This document shows, piece after piece, positions 1 to 9,440 of a DNA stretch of 64,000 bases. The position numbers and the translations under genes were made by a program. The stretch lies in contig JBFWUW010000006.1 of the NCBI GenBank assembly GCA_050247075.1, positions 37,492 to 101,491 of the forward strand. The letters run 5' to 3'. The notes under the pieces were generated by a model that was given only the letters and a program-made list of their open reading frames with translations, ran no database searches and was not told where the DNA came from. This stretch comes from Pirellulales bacterium. GTDB taxonomy: Bacteria; Planctomycetota; Planctomycetia; Pirellulales; JBFWUW01. Positions within the stretch are counted from its first letter, which is position 1. Every line of letters begins with the position of its first letter.

Positions 1-2134
1 CCGGCAAGACTTCCTTGCCATTGATCGTTACGTCGGCGACGTCGAAGAAGGTGTAACGGAAAACCGGTTTGCCGTCCTTTACGTATAGCGACCAACCGGC
101 GGAGAAGGAACCAACGCAAGTGACGACACCTTCCGCCCCCCCTTGGGGAACTATTAACTCGGCCGTGATAGTGTGGCTCCGCGGAAATGTGTGCGGACCG
201 ATTGGTTCGGGCAGCCACACGTTGTTGCCAAAATAGGTCCAACTGGTTTTCGGCTTACCGGAAACTCGAAAGCTTGGGTCGAATCGTTCGCTAAAGCGCG
301 GGTCGAGCGGAAAGACGTCGTACTTCCTGCCCTCCTCGACAAATCTGGCCTGTAGCTCCTTAAGCTTTTCCGGCATCTTCGCCGCCAGGTCATCGGCCTG
401 GCTGAAGTCTTCATCAATGTTGTAAAGTTCCCAAGGGGCCTTCTCAAAGTCCATGTTCCGCCCTAAGGTCACCCAAGGCAATCCGTAACGGCTGCACGCC
501 ATCCAGCCGTTGTGATAGATCGCCCGGTTCGTCGCTAACTCGAAGTACTGGGTCGTTCGTCGGCTCTGAGCCTTCGCGTCGTCGAACGAATAAGCCATAC
601 TGACCCCTTCAATCGGCTTTTGCGGAATGCCGTTCACAACCTTCGGTTCTGAAATATTGCACGCCTCCAAGATCGTTGGCACCACGTCGATGACATGGTG
701 GAACTGCGTACGCAGCTCGCCCTTTGCCTTGATGCCTTTTGGCCAGTGGACAATGAGCGGGTTGCGGGTGCCGCCAAAATGGCTGGCGACTTGCTTCGTC
801 CACTGGAACGGCGTGTCCATGGCCCAGGCCCAACCGACGGGAACGTGCGGCTCGCTCGTCGGACCGCCGATTTCGTCGATCCTCTTAATCGTGCTTTCCA
901 GCCCCAACTGCACTCCCAAAAGGCTGGCGATCTCGCTGAATGTCCCTTCCAATCCTCCCTCGGCACTGGCCCCGTTGTCACCGACGACATACATGACTAG
1001 CGTGTTGTCCAGTTCCCCGGACACACGGAGGCTGTCGATTAAACGGCCGACTTCGTAGTCGGTATACGCCATGTACGCGGCATAGTTCTCCATCAGCCGG
1101 AGATAGACTTTTTTTGCATTTGCGGGCTGGTCATCCCATGCCGGGATCTCCGCCGGCCGCGGAGTTAGTTTGGTGCCTTTGGGGACAATGCCCATCTTGA
1201 GTTGCAGGGCGTGGGTCAAATGCCGTTGCTCGTCCCACCCGTGGTCGAACTTTCCCTTGTACTTTTCCCGCCACTCCTTCGGGGCATGGTGGGGGGCGTG
1301 GACACCCGACGTGCTGAAGTAGTTGAACCACGGCTTGTCCGGGTTCGCCGCACGGACATTGCATGTCCACGCGATCGCTTCATCCGTCATGTCCGCGGTG
1401 AAGTGGTAACCTTGCTCTGGCGTTTTCGGCTGGGGCACCCACGTTGTGTTTCGGTAGATCGTTGGATAATACTGGTTCGTCTCACCTTGGTTGAAGCCGT
1501 AAAAGTAATCGAATCCCAACCCCGTGGGCCAACGGTCGAACGGGCCGGCTGGGCTGATGTCCGGCTCCGCCGTATTGTGCCATTTGCCGAATATGCCCGT
1601 GGCATACCCGTTGTCCCTCAAGGTCTGGCTCACCAAGGCGGTGCTCTCTGGGATAATGCCAGTGTAGCCCGGGTATCCAAAGCCCATTTCAATGATGACG
1701 CCAGTGCCGCAACTATGGTGGTTGCGTCCCGTGAGAACGGCCGCCCGCGTCGGTGAACACAAAGCCGTCGTGTGGAAGCGGGTGTACCTCAGCCCATTGT
1801 CCGCCAATCGATCCATGTGTGGGGTCGGCACTGGCCCGCCGAATGTGGAACACATGCCGAATCCGACGTCGTCCAGCATGATGAGCAGTACATTCGGGCT
1901 GCCCTTGGCCGCCTTCACTGGTTGCGGGTAGTCGGGTGTCGAGTCTTTGTAGTTTTCGCCGATCTTTCCCTTAAAAGCTGGGTCGGGCTTGGGCAGTTGT
2001 GTCCCATCCGAGGGGACCAGGATCGCCGTTTTGTCCTGGGCGAACGAGTCGGGCAACCGACCGAATCCGGCCAGCCAACCGAGTGAGGTAACCAGCGCCA
2101 ACACGAAAACAAAGATCAGATATCGCACGCGCAT
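1..2134 (-). CDS. Arylsulfatase (formylglycine-dependent), C-terminus cut by the left window edge
   Basis: Absent from the supplied ORF track because the frame runs off the edge. My manual translation from the ATG (complement of 2132..2134) is uninterrupted to position 2. It has a signal-like N-terminus MRVRYLIFVFVLALV, PNVLLIMLDDVGFG, the sulfatase signature LCSPTRAAVLTGR (C-x-P-x-R) and GKWH. Confidence 0.85.
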   Translation of the reverse strand, partial: MRVRYLIFVFVLALVTSLGWLAGFGRLPDSFAQDKTAILVPSDGTQLPKPDPAFKGKIGENYKDSTPDYPQPVKAAKGSPNVLLIMLDDVGFGMCSTFGGPVPTPHMDRLADNGLRYTRFHTTALCSPTRAAVLTGRNHHSCGTGVIIEMGFGYPGYTGIIPESTALVSQTLRDNGYATGIFGKWHNTAEPDISPAGPFDRWPTGLGFDYFYGFNQGETNQYYPTIYRNTTWVPQPKTPEQGYHFTADMTDEAIAWTCNVRAANPDKPWFNYFSTSGVHAPHHAPKEWREKYKGKFDHGWDEQRHLTHALQLKMGIVPKGTKLTPRPAEIPAWDDQPANAKKVYLRLMENYAAYMAYTDYEVGRLIDSLRVSGELDNTLVMYVVGDNGASAEGGLEGTFSEIASLLGVQLGLESTIKRIDEIGGPTSEPHVPVGWAWAMDTPFQWTKQVASHFGGTRNPLIVHWPKGIKAKGELRTQFHHVIDVVPTILEACNISEPKVVNGIPQKPIEGVSMAYSFDDAKAQSRRTTQYFELATNRAIYHNGWMACSRYGLPWVTLGRNMDFEKAPWELYNIDEDFSQADDLAAKMPEKLKELQARFVEEGRKYDVFPLDPRFSERFDPSFRVSGKPKTSWTYFGNNVWLPEPIGPHTFPRSHTITAELIVPQGGAEGVVTCVGSFSAGWSLYVKDGKPVFRYTFFDVADVTINGKEVLP

Positions 2135-2304
2135 GGCGATTCTCGCTAAGCAAGGACGTTTTTGAAATCAAGATCAAGCAAGAAACAAGCGAACCGGAAA
2201 AGGCCCGATGATCCCGAGTATTTTAAGAGGAGGAATCCACAAGTAAATGTTCGAAGCGAATGAATACTTTATGTGCCGAGTACCACAACCATCTCGATAT
2301 TTTT

Positions 2305-2344
2305 AGCAAGTTGTCGCCAAAATTTTGAGCAAGTTGTCGCCAAA
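2305..2344. repeat. Exact 17-nt direct repeat AGCAAGTTGTCGCCAAA x2 (2305..2321 and 2328..2344), 23 nt start-to-start
   Basis: Read directly. It lies in the AT-richer 327-nt spacer, about 170-210 nt upstream of the sulfatase ATG and downstream of the kinase stop. Possible regulator-binding direct repeat. Confidence 0.6.
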
Positions 2345-2460
2345 TCGCAAATTCCTCACTAGCTGAATCTAGGTCGCCACCGTTTCAAGCAAGAATCTTC
2401 TCGGGGGAGTTTGAACAGGACGAACGCGGTATCCGAGTTGCCAACCTGCGCCTGTCCGAC

Positions 2461-4746
2461 CTACCAATTGCGGCTTGAACGCACCGTGTCGGTGGTGCTT
2501 CCCAGGCCAAAACTGGCGTCGGGCGGGGAGGCCGCCGAGGCCAGGGTTTCCAGGTCGCGCTGAATGGTCTGATTCAAGCGGTACGCCAGGATGAAAGCGA
2601 TCATGCCCAGCGCTCCGGCCATCACGAAGAATAGCTGCACATCGGGGATAAGCACGAGCAACGTCATGGCGGGGAAAAAAACCGCCACCGAGGCGAAGAA
2701 GAACCGATTGGAACGCAGTGACAGCCGGTGCAGTTGGATCGCCACTTCGGCATCGCCCGACCCCAATGGCACAATCGCCGGGTACAACACCCGCAGGGCA
2801 AAGAACGTCACGCAAAAAAACGTCAGCGTGGAACCGATCAGCCCGCATAAGAACTGGGCCGACATGAAGTGCAAATAGACTGTCCCCGATGCCTGTCCGG
2901 TACGCAACTGCATCAATAAGGGAAAGGCCAGGCCCGCCACGATCCACAAGGCTCCGCCAATCCAGGCGACAAAGTCTCCTAAGAACAAGCAACGACCGGC
3001 CAACCGGGCATCCGGCGAGACTGCCTCGCCCCGTCTTTGCTGGCTTAAAGCAACAAACAGGGGTCGGGCAAACCACAGCAGCACGCCAATCCCCAATGGA
3101 AACAACAGAAAATTCACGATCGGCACCAGCACGTCGGTAAAGTACGCGACGGCTCCTTCCACATTGCCGTAATTTCGCGCGACCAGCGATTGCAGATTGA
3201 ACACGATATTGACCATGCTCATCACGCTGTTAGGCGGCAAGCCCATCAGCAACATGGCCAGAATCGGCCAACGCCGCGCCCAGGCCCGCCAGCCACCCGG
3301 CCGAGACCGTAGCAGGCTCTGCGCACGAGGGTGCAGACATAAATCCAACTGGCGGGCCAATTCGCCGGCCGTGGCGTAACGGTCTTTGGCGTTCGGCTGC
3401 AAGCAGCGCAGCAAGACCAAATCCAATCCAGGTGGGCAATCGGCCGGCAGCCGGGCCAGCATTTGCGAGGAAACGCCTTGTTCTCGCCGCTTGCGCATCT
3501 CGGCCAGGGTGGCCGCAAAACCAGCACCCGACATGCGATCGTCAAATGGCCGGCTGCCGGTGAGCATTTCCCACAGCACAATCCCTAGCGAATAGATATC
3601 GCTGCGGCCGTCCAGGTCTTCGGCGCCCGCCTTGGCCGACTGGCAAGCGGCGATCTGTTCGGGCGACATATAAGCCAGGCTGCCGCCAAAGTAGGCCGCC
3701 GCGGAAACCCCCTCCAACTCCGAGCAAAAGCTGACGTTGAAATCAACCAGTTTGGGGTGGCCCTCGGCATCGAGCAGGATGTTGGCAGGCTTGATGTCGC
3801 GGTGCAGTACATTGCGGCGATGCGCATAGTCCAATGCCGCCGCCAATCGCGCACCCAGGCGGCAGGCGGTCTCGGACCAGCCTGTCACCGACAGCCGCTT
3901 GCGGGCCGCGGAATCCAAGGGGGGGCTTTCGCCCCGCAAATCGAGCGCTTGATCGACCGCTTGCAGCAATGTCTGGCCGCTGCGCGCGGCTGGCGGCAGC
4001 GTGGCGGCGTGTTCAATGGCCGATTGCAGCGTTCCGCCCGGCACATACTGCATATACAACAGCCGGGTCTTGCGCTCTGGCAGCAGCCGTTGATCGTATA
4101 CGCGCACGATATGGTCGTGCTCCAGCTTGGCCATTGTCTCGGGCTCAACCCCTTGGTCATTCGAGATTTTCAGGGCCACCAGTCGCTTCATGGAGAGCTG
4201 GCGGGCCTTCCAGACCGTGGCAAAAGCCCCTTTGCCCAGTTGGCTGAGCAGTTCAAAGTCGTCGATGCGCTCGCCGTTGCCGCACTCGGCGGGCCGGTCG
4301 CTGGTGACAAGCGTGGTGGTTAAATGCGGTGCCTCCACCCCCAGCAGCCGGCCCAAGACCTCGGCCTGCTGAGGGAAGCGGTCGAAGTATTGCTGCACGT
4401 TGACGGCATCGCCCGACTGCTTGCGGATGTGATATTCCTCGTAAATTAGATCGCAAGGAATTTCGCCCGCCACGGTGATTTCCGGAAATTCCTGGACGTA
4501 AGTTTCCAGCAGCCGGGGGGCGCGTTGCCCGCGCCAGCGCTGTTCCAGATCGACCTTGATCAACTCTACCAGCACCAGGCAGCGGACATGCCTGGGATCA
4601 GCCGGCACATGTTTTCCCAGATCTGGCGGATCGTCGCCGCTTTTCCAAGAGGCCAGGAACCCGTCGACGCAGTCCGCTAAGACGTTCCAGTCTTGCGTTG
4701 AGGAATCTGGCTGCAGCGTGACATCTTCCATCGACGGAAATCGCAA
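2461..4746 (-). CDS. Hanks-type Ser/Thr protein kinase with a polytopic C-terminal membrane domain
   Basis: 761 aa ORF. Motifs are GKGAFATVWKA...VALKI, HRDIKPANILL, YMSPEQ. The C-terminal ~260 aa contain several long hydrophobic segments. Confidence 0.9.
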   Translation of the reverse strand: MRFPSMEDVTLQPDSSTQDWNVLADCVDGFLASWKSGDDPPDLGKHVPADPRHVRCLVLVELIKVDLEQRWRGQRAPRLLETYVQEFPEITVAGEIPCDLIYEEYHIRKQSGDAVNVQQYFDRFPQQAEVLGRLLGVEAPHLTTTLVTSDRPAECGNGERIDDFELLSQLGKGAFATVWKARQLSMKRLVALKISNDQGVEPETMAKLEHDHIVRVYDQRLLPERKTRLLYMQYVPGGTLQSAIEHAATLPPAARSGQTLLQAVDQALDLRGESPPLDSAARKRLSVTGWSETACRLGARLAAALDYAHRRNVLHRDIKPANILLDAEGHPKLVDFNVSFCSELEGVSAAAYFGGSLAYMSPEQIAACQSAKAGAEDLDGRSDIYSLGIVLWEMLTGSRPFDDRMSGAGFAATLAEMRKRREQGVSSQMLARLPADCPPGLDLVLLRCLQPNAKDRYATAGELARQLDLCLHPRAQSLLRSRPGGWRAWARRWPILAMLLMGLPPNSVMSMVNIVFNLQSLVARNYGNVEGAVAYFTDVLVPIVNFLLFPLGIGVLLWFARPLFVALSQQRRGEAVSPDARLAGRCLFLGDFVAWIGGALWIVAGLAFPLLMQLRTGQASGTVYLHFMSAQFLCGLIGSTLTFFCVTFFALRVLYPAIVPLGSGDAEVAIQLHRLSLRSNRFFFASVAVFFPAMTLLVLIPDVQLFFVMAGALGMIAFILAYRLNQTIQRDLETLASAASPPDASFGLGSTTDTVRSSRNW

Positions 4747-4869
4747 TCTTTATGTTGACCCGGCGGCAGCCCAAGAATGTGGCCGCACTATCGCAGCACC
4801 GGCCGCCTTCAATGTACAATGCCGGCCGGCACTTTGTCATGCGTCTATCATTGCCTTTGGAACCGCCGC

Positions 4870-5481
4870 ATGTCCCACGATGAGCAGGAACTGGTCAAAC
4901 GGGTGCGACTAAAGGACGCCACGGCCTTGGCTGAACTAGTCGAGCTGCGACGGCCCGCGTTGCTGGCGTTCGTCGAAAGGCAGCTTAGCTCAGCCATGAA
5001 ACGCAAGGTCGAGGCCGAGGACATCGTGCAAGAGGCCAGTGCCGAAGCTGTGCGGGCACTGCCCAGTATGGATTTGACGGAGCGCGACCCTTTTGGCTGG
5101 CTTTGCCAGGTTGCCGAACGGCGAATTATCGACGCCCACCGCCGGCTGTTCGGAGCGCAGAAACGCGATGCCAGCCGCGAAGTAAGCCTGGCCGCCCCCA
5201 GTGACGACGGTGAGCGGACGCCTTTGGTCGACCTGCTAATCGCCAGCATGACAACGGCCAGCCAGGTGCTTAGCCGCAATCGCCGTGAATTGCAACTCAT
5301 GGCGGCCCTCTCCAGCCTGCCCGAGGAACAACGCGAGGCCCTGCGGCTGCGGTACATGGAAGGGCTGCCTTCTAAAGACATCGCCGAACGGCTAGGCAAG
5401 ACCGACGGCGCCATCCGTGTCATGCTCAGTCGTTCGTTGGTCAAGCTGCAAGAGATATTGGGGCCCGATGCGGCCCGATAG
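4870..5481 (+). CDS. ECF-type RNA polymerase sigma factor (sigma-70 regions 2 and 4)
   Basis: The track ORF 4777..5481 is trimmed to the ATG at 4870 (MSHDEQELVKRV...). Region-2-like DIVQEASAEAV...FGWLCQVAERRIIDAHRR and region-4 LPEEQREALRLRYMEGLPSKDIAERLGKTDGAIRVMLSRSL. Divergent from the kinase gene. Confidence 0.85.
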   Translation: MSHDEQELVKRVRLKDATALAELVELRRPALLAFVERQLSSAMKRKVEAEDIVQEASAEAVRALPSMDLTERDPFGWLCQVAERRIIDAHRRLFGAQKRDASREVSLAAPSDDGERTPLVDLLIASMTTASQVLSRNRRELQLMAALSSLPEEQREALRLRYMEGLPSKDIAERLGKTDGAIRVMLSRSLVKLQEILGPDAAR

Positions 5482-5484
5482 CGG

Positions 5485-5510
5485 CTGTAGGAGGCGATTC
5501 CATCGCCGAT
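5485..5510 (+). repeat. REP-like palindromic element, copy a (CTGTAGGAGGCGATTCCATCGCCGAT)
   Basis: Starts 4 nt after the sigma-factor stop. Contains the hairpin GGCGAT-TCC-ATCGCC. Same 24-26-mer as at 7601, 15312, 29648 and 62448. Confidence 0.85.
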
Positions 5511-5669
5511 GCCTTTGGGGCGGATGCAACGGCGACAATCCGCGTTCCGTGCAAGGGATCGCCAAATCGTCGCTGAAACCCGGTGGCTGGGCTATGATGA
5601 AATCGTGCATGCCGCGCGTGTGCATGCCGCGTGCCGGTTCGCGCGGCAACATGGCTATCATGTTGCGTC

Positions 5670-7598
5670 ATGCCTGCTCCCGTGGAGTCACCTCGCCGAT
5701 CTAAGTGGTTTTATGGGCTGGCCGTTGCGCTCGCATCGGGGTGCCTGGCTTTGGGCCTGTGGCGGTTCTGGCCCGACCGGAATGGCTCCGGCCGGCCGAC
5801 GCCAGATGGCCATTCCACCGCGACCCTTCCATCTGCGGCCCAGCCAGACCCAGACTACCTGGCCGACTTGCTGAAATCGCCGCCCCAAGTCGAGCCGCTT
5901 CCGCCCCAGACAGGCTTTGTGGGGAGCGCTGCCTGCGCCGAATGCCATGCCGAAATCTGTCAGTCGTACGCCGCCACGCCGATGGGCCGGGCCATGAGCC
6001 TGGCCAGCAGCGCCGCGGGCGGCGAACGCTACGACGGCCGCGCCGAGTTCACAACAGCCGGCGGCAGAAAGTATCTTGTCGAGCGGAAAAACGAAGGCGT
6101 ATGGCACCACGAAATGCAAATCGACGAGCAAGGCGAGGTGCTGTTTGACCAGGCGATGCCGGTGAAGTACTCGCTCGGTTCGGGCCATCATGGCTGTTCT
6201 TACCTGATTGAACGCGGCGGCTTGTTGTATCAATCTCCCATCGTCTGGATTGCCGGCGATGGCGGCCATTGGGAACTTTCGCCCGGTTACGCGCCGCTTC
6301 GCCATCCCCGTTTTTCGCGGCGAATCACGGCGGAGTGCCTGCTGTGCCACGCTGGCCGGATCGACACCGCCTCAGAACAGCCAGACAGGTTTTTGTCTCC
6401 GCCCGTGCCAGAACTCTTCATCGGCTGCGAGCGTTGCCACGGTCCCGGCCAGCAACATGTAGAACTGCGGCGGAACGCTACGGCCACTACTGATGAGGCC
6501 GACACGATCATTCAGCCCCGCGATCTGCCGGCACCCGAACGGGACAGCTTGTGCAACCAATGCCACCTGATTGGCGAACAGCGGGTGCCGCGTTACGGCC
6601 GGCGCTACCAGGACTTTCGCGCTGGCGATAATCAAGAAGACGTGTGGGTAGTGCTAGCCAAGGCCGGCAAATTGGACAGCGCCAATGTTTTTCAATCGGT
6701 CGGCCATGTCGAACAGATGCATGCCAGCCGTTGTTTTCTGGCAAGCGAAGGCGAATTGGCTTGCATCTCTTGCCATGATCCTCACCGGCAGCATGCGCCG
6801 GAAGAAGCCGCCGAGTTTTACCGCCTACGCTGCCTGAAATGCCATACAGGCCAGGGTTGTTCGCTGCCCGCCGCGCAGCGTGAATTGCCGCCGGTACACA
6901 ACTCTTGCATTGAGTGCCACATGCCCCGCGTAGGGACCAGTGACTCAGCCCACACCGCGCAGACGGACCATCGAATCCCGCGCGTGGCTAGTGTCGATCC
7001 GGGTATAGCCAGTTCGGCGGGCGGCGGCGGGCTACAGTTTTTTGACCACGCCGAACTCCGCCTGCCGCCGTGGGAAGCCGACCGCGCCTTGGGCATTGCC
7101 TTGGTCGGCCAGGCCGAACTCCAGCCGGGCAACCGCGACGAGTTGCTCGATCGGGCCGAGGACCTATTAACGCCGCTGACGCGGGCTTTACCCAATGATT
7201 TGCCGCTGTTCGAGGCACTGGCCACGGCCGCCTCGCAACGCCAGCGTGATTCCGCCGATGAGTACTGGCGAAAAGTCTTGCGCCTGCAGCCAAAACACGA
7301 GACCGCGCTGGACGCGCTCTGCTTTTTGGCTGAGCGCCAGGGCCAGGCCGAGCAGGCTATGTCGTACGCCAAGCGCCTGTTGGAAGTAAATCCTGGCAGC
7401 AGCCGAAACCAAGCCCGCGCCGCCAAGGCACTGGCGTTGTCGGGCCGATGGCGAGAAGCCGCCGAAGCCGGTGAAAAAGCCGTGGACCTTGATCCCACGG
7501 ATGCCCCGTTTCGCGCTTGGCTGGTGGAGACGTGCCGCACGGCTGGTGATTTTGCCGCCGCGCGGCGGCACGCTGAATTCTTGCGCCGCCTGCCATAA
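5670..7598 (+). CDS. Membrane-anchored multiheme c-type cytochrome (7 CxxCH) with C-terminal TPR repeats
   Basis: Track ORF 5631..7598; the ATG at 5670 gives MPAPVESPRRSKWFYGLAVALASGCLALGLW, a signal anchor. Heme motifs are CAECH, CLLCH, CERCH, CNQCH, CISCH, CLKCH, CIECH. The C-terminal ~170 aa have TPR-like helical repeats (YWRKVLRLQPKHETALDALCFLAERQGQAEQAMSYAKRLLEVNP...). Confidence 0.8.
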   Translation: MPAPVESPRRSKWFYGLAVALASGCLALGLWRFWPDRNGSGRPTPDGHSTATLPSAAQPDPDYLADLLKSPPQVEPLPPQTGFVGSAACAECHAEICQSYAATPMGRAMSLASSAAGGERYDGRAEFTTAGGRKYLVERKNEGVWHHEMQIDEQGEVLFDQAMPVKYSLGSGHHGCSYLIERGGLLYQSPIVWIAGDGGHWELSPGYAPLRHPRFSRRITAECLLCHAGRIDTASEQPDRFLSPPVPELFIGCERCHGPGQQHVELRRNATATTDEADTIIQPRDLPAPERDSLCNQCHLIGEQRVPRYGRRYQDFRAGDNQEDVWVVLAKAGKLDSANVFQSVGHVEQMHASRCFLASEGELACISCHDPHRQHAPEEAAEFYRLRCLKCHTGQGCSLPAAQRELPPVHNSCIECHMPRVGTSDSAHTAQTDHRIPRVASVDPGIASSAGGGGLQFFDHAELRLPPWEADRALGIALVGQAELQPGNRDELLDRAEDLLTPLTRALPNDLPLFEALATAASQRQRDSADEYWRKVLRLQPKHETALDALCFLAERQGQAEQAMSYAKRLLEVNPGSSRNQARAAKALALSGRWREAAEAGEKAVDLDPTDAPFRAWLVETCRTAGDFAAARRHAEFLRRLP

Positions 7599-7600
7599 AC

Positions 7601-7665
7601 ACTGTAGGAGGCGATTCCATCGCCGAATGCAACGCGTGGGGCATTTCCATCGGCGATGGAATTTC
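7601..7665. repeat. REP-like element pair, copy b (forward 7601..7626, inverted partial 7643..7665)
   Basis: CTGTAGGAGGCGATTCCATCGCCGAA followed by TTTCCATCGGCGATGGAATTTCC. Sits between convergent stops (7598 plus strand, 7681 minus strand). Confidence 0.85.
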
Positions 7666-7680
7666 CTTCCATGGCAAACG

Positions 7681-8274
7681 CTATGTGCCCAACGTCCCTT
7701 TCGTGCTGGGCACGCCGGGCATGCGCGGGTCAAACTCCACCGCCATCCGCAAGGCGCGGGCGGCCCCTTTGAAGATCGCCTCGCTGATATGGTGGCTGTT
7801 GCGTCCGTGATTCAGTACGACATGCAAGTTGCACAAGGCGTTGGCCGCCACGGCTTGCCAAAAGTCCTCCACCAGCTCGCTATCGAACTCGCCAATTTTG
7901 GGCGACGGAAATGGCGCGTTGAACACCAAAAAGTACCGGCCGGAAAAATCCAAGGCAATCGTCACCAGCGTCTCTTCCATCGGCAGCGTAAAGTGCCCGT
8001 AACGACGTATGCCCGCTTTGTCTCCCAAGGCTTGGCGCAGTGCCTGTCCCAGACAAATGCCTACATCCTCGACCGTGTGGTGCTGGTCAACGTGCAAGTC
8101 CCCCTCGGCACGGACCGTCAAATCAATCGCCGCATGCCTGGCCAGAAGCGTCAGCATGTGGTCGAAAAAACCAACGCCGGTGGCAATCTGCGACTGGCCC
8201 GAGCCATCCAGATTGAGCGACAACTCAATCTTGGTTTCAGCGGTTTGGCGAGAAATCGTAGCGGTGCGGGACAT
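7681..8274 (-). CDS. hisB: Imidazoleglycerol-phosphate dehydratase
   Basis: 197 aa. Contains [61 protein letters not shown]. Confidence 0.95.
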   Translation of the reverse strand: MSRTATISRQTAETKIELSLNLDGSGQSQIATGVGFFDHMLTLLARHAAIDLTVRAEGDLHVDQHHTVEDVGICLGQALRQALGDKAGIRRYGHFTLPMEETLVTIALDFSGRYFLVFNAPFPSPKIGEFDSELVEDFWQAVAANALCNLHVVLNHGRNSHHISEAIFKGAARALRMAVEFDPRMPGVPSTKGTLGT

Positions 8275-8275
8275 T

Positions 8276-8389
8276 GGAGTGTCGAGTGGGGAGTGTCGAA
8301 TTTCGAATGAGGAGTGTCGAGTGGGATGAACGCGGAAGACCGTCGAACAGCATTCTCATTCGACATTCAACGCTCGGCATTTGACACTT
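8276..8389. repeat. Structured hisC-hisB spacer with GAGTGTCGA repeats and inverted partial copies
   Basis: GGAGTGTCGAGTGGG is exact at 8276..8290 and 8311..8325, with GAGTGTCGAA at 8291..8300. Inverted relatives TTCGACATTC and TTGACACTTC lie near 8359..8390. Confidence 0.6.
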
Positions 8390-9439
8390 CTACATCATAC
8401 CTTTGAGCAGCGTTAACGCCGCGTCAATCTGTTCGTCGCTGCCGACGGAAATGCGCAGTCCGTCCCCCCAGCCGGCATAATTCATATATCTCACCAGGAT
8501 GCCGGCCTCTTTCAACTGCTCATAGAGGGGCCGGACGAGCACCGTGGGATGCGGGCACCAGACGAAGTTGGCTTGCGACTCAACCGCCGCAAAGCCCAAG
8601 CCCCGCATTTCCGCCGTTATCCTGGCCCGTGTGGCCACAATTTTGCCGCGCGTTTCGGCTAGCCATGCCTGGTCGTCAATGGCAGCCGTGGCCCCGGCAA
8701 TTGACAGCGCATCGCAATTATACGAATCCTTGAGCTTGTTCAGCCCGTGAATGATTTGCGGCTGGGCGATTAAATACCCAAACCGTAGCCCGGCCAGCCC
8801 ATAAGATTTGCTCAGCGATCGCGTGACTATTACCTTCTCGCATTGCTTGACGAGGTCGATGCAATGCGTGTCCGCGAAATCGACGTAGGCCTCATCGACG
8901 ATGATCGGGCAAGGCAGACGCTGGGCAATTTCCAGTACTCGTGCCGGCGGAATGATCGTGCCGGAAGGGCTGTTGGGGTTAGGCAGAAATACCAGCTTCA
9001 GGTCGTCATCCGCCGCACAGAAATCGTCGGGCAACGACCAATCGGCATTGAACCGCACCTCTTGGCTGTCGGCTCCCTGAATTTGGGCCAGCGTTTTGTA
9101 AAGAATGTAGCTGGGGTATGGCAGCCGCAAACGCTGCCCTTGGCCGACAAAGGCCCGCGTGGCCATCGTCAGGAGTTCGTCGCTGCCGTTGCCGCAGATG
9201 ATCCAATCGGGTTCCACGCCATGCAACGCGGCGGCCCGAGCGCGAAAAGCCGCGGCCGAAGGGTCTGGGTATTTCTGCAAACCCAGCTTAATCACCGTGC
9301 CAATCGCCCGTTGCACGGCCGGCGAACTAGGAAACGGGTTTTCGTTGGTATTCAGCTTGATGGCCTTACCCCCCTGCGGCTGTTCACCAGGGACATAGCC
9401 GTGCATCAAGTCAATTTCAGGACGAAAGAAAGAAGGCAT
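8390..9439 (-). CDS. hisC: Histidinol-phosphate aminotransferase
   Basis: The track ORF 8390..9532 is trimmed to the ATG at 9439 (MPSFFRPEIDLMHGYVPGEQP...). Contains KLNTNENPFP and the PLP-lysine region RSLSKSYGLAGLRFGY. The longer N-terminus would translate the repeat spacer. Confidence 0.92.
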   Translation of the reverse strand: MPSFFRPEIDLMHGYVPGEQPQGGKAIKLNTNENPFPSSPAVQRAIGTVIKLGLQKYPDPSAAAFRARAAALHGVEPDWIICGNGSDELLTMATRAFVGQGQRLRLPYPSYILYKTLAQIQGADSQEVRFNADWSLPDDFCAADDDLKLVFLPNPNSPSGTIIPPARVLEIAQRLPCPIIVDEAYVDFADTHCIDLVKQCEKVIVTRSLSKSYGLAGLRFGYLIAQPQIIHGLNKLKDSYNCDALSIAGATAAIDDQAWLAETRGKIVATRARITAEMRGLGFAAVESQANFVWCPHPTVLVRPLYEQLKEAGILVRYMNYAGWGDGLRISVGSDEQIDAALTLLKGMM

Positions 9440-9440
9440 T

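Noticed and set aside
5417-5704. Small ORFs containing CRRRFHRR, FHRRW or MESPPT peptides at 5417.., 7471.., 15260.., 29028.. and 62198.., which could be taken for a conserved small-protein family.
   Set aside because: The shared peptide is just the translation of the REP-like DNA palindrome in different frames and strands. The flanks are unrelated.
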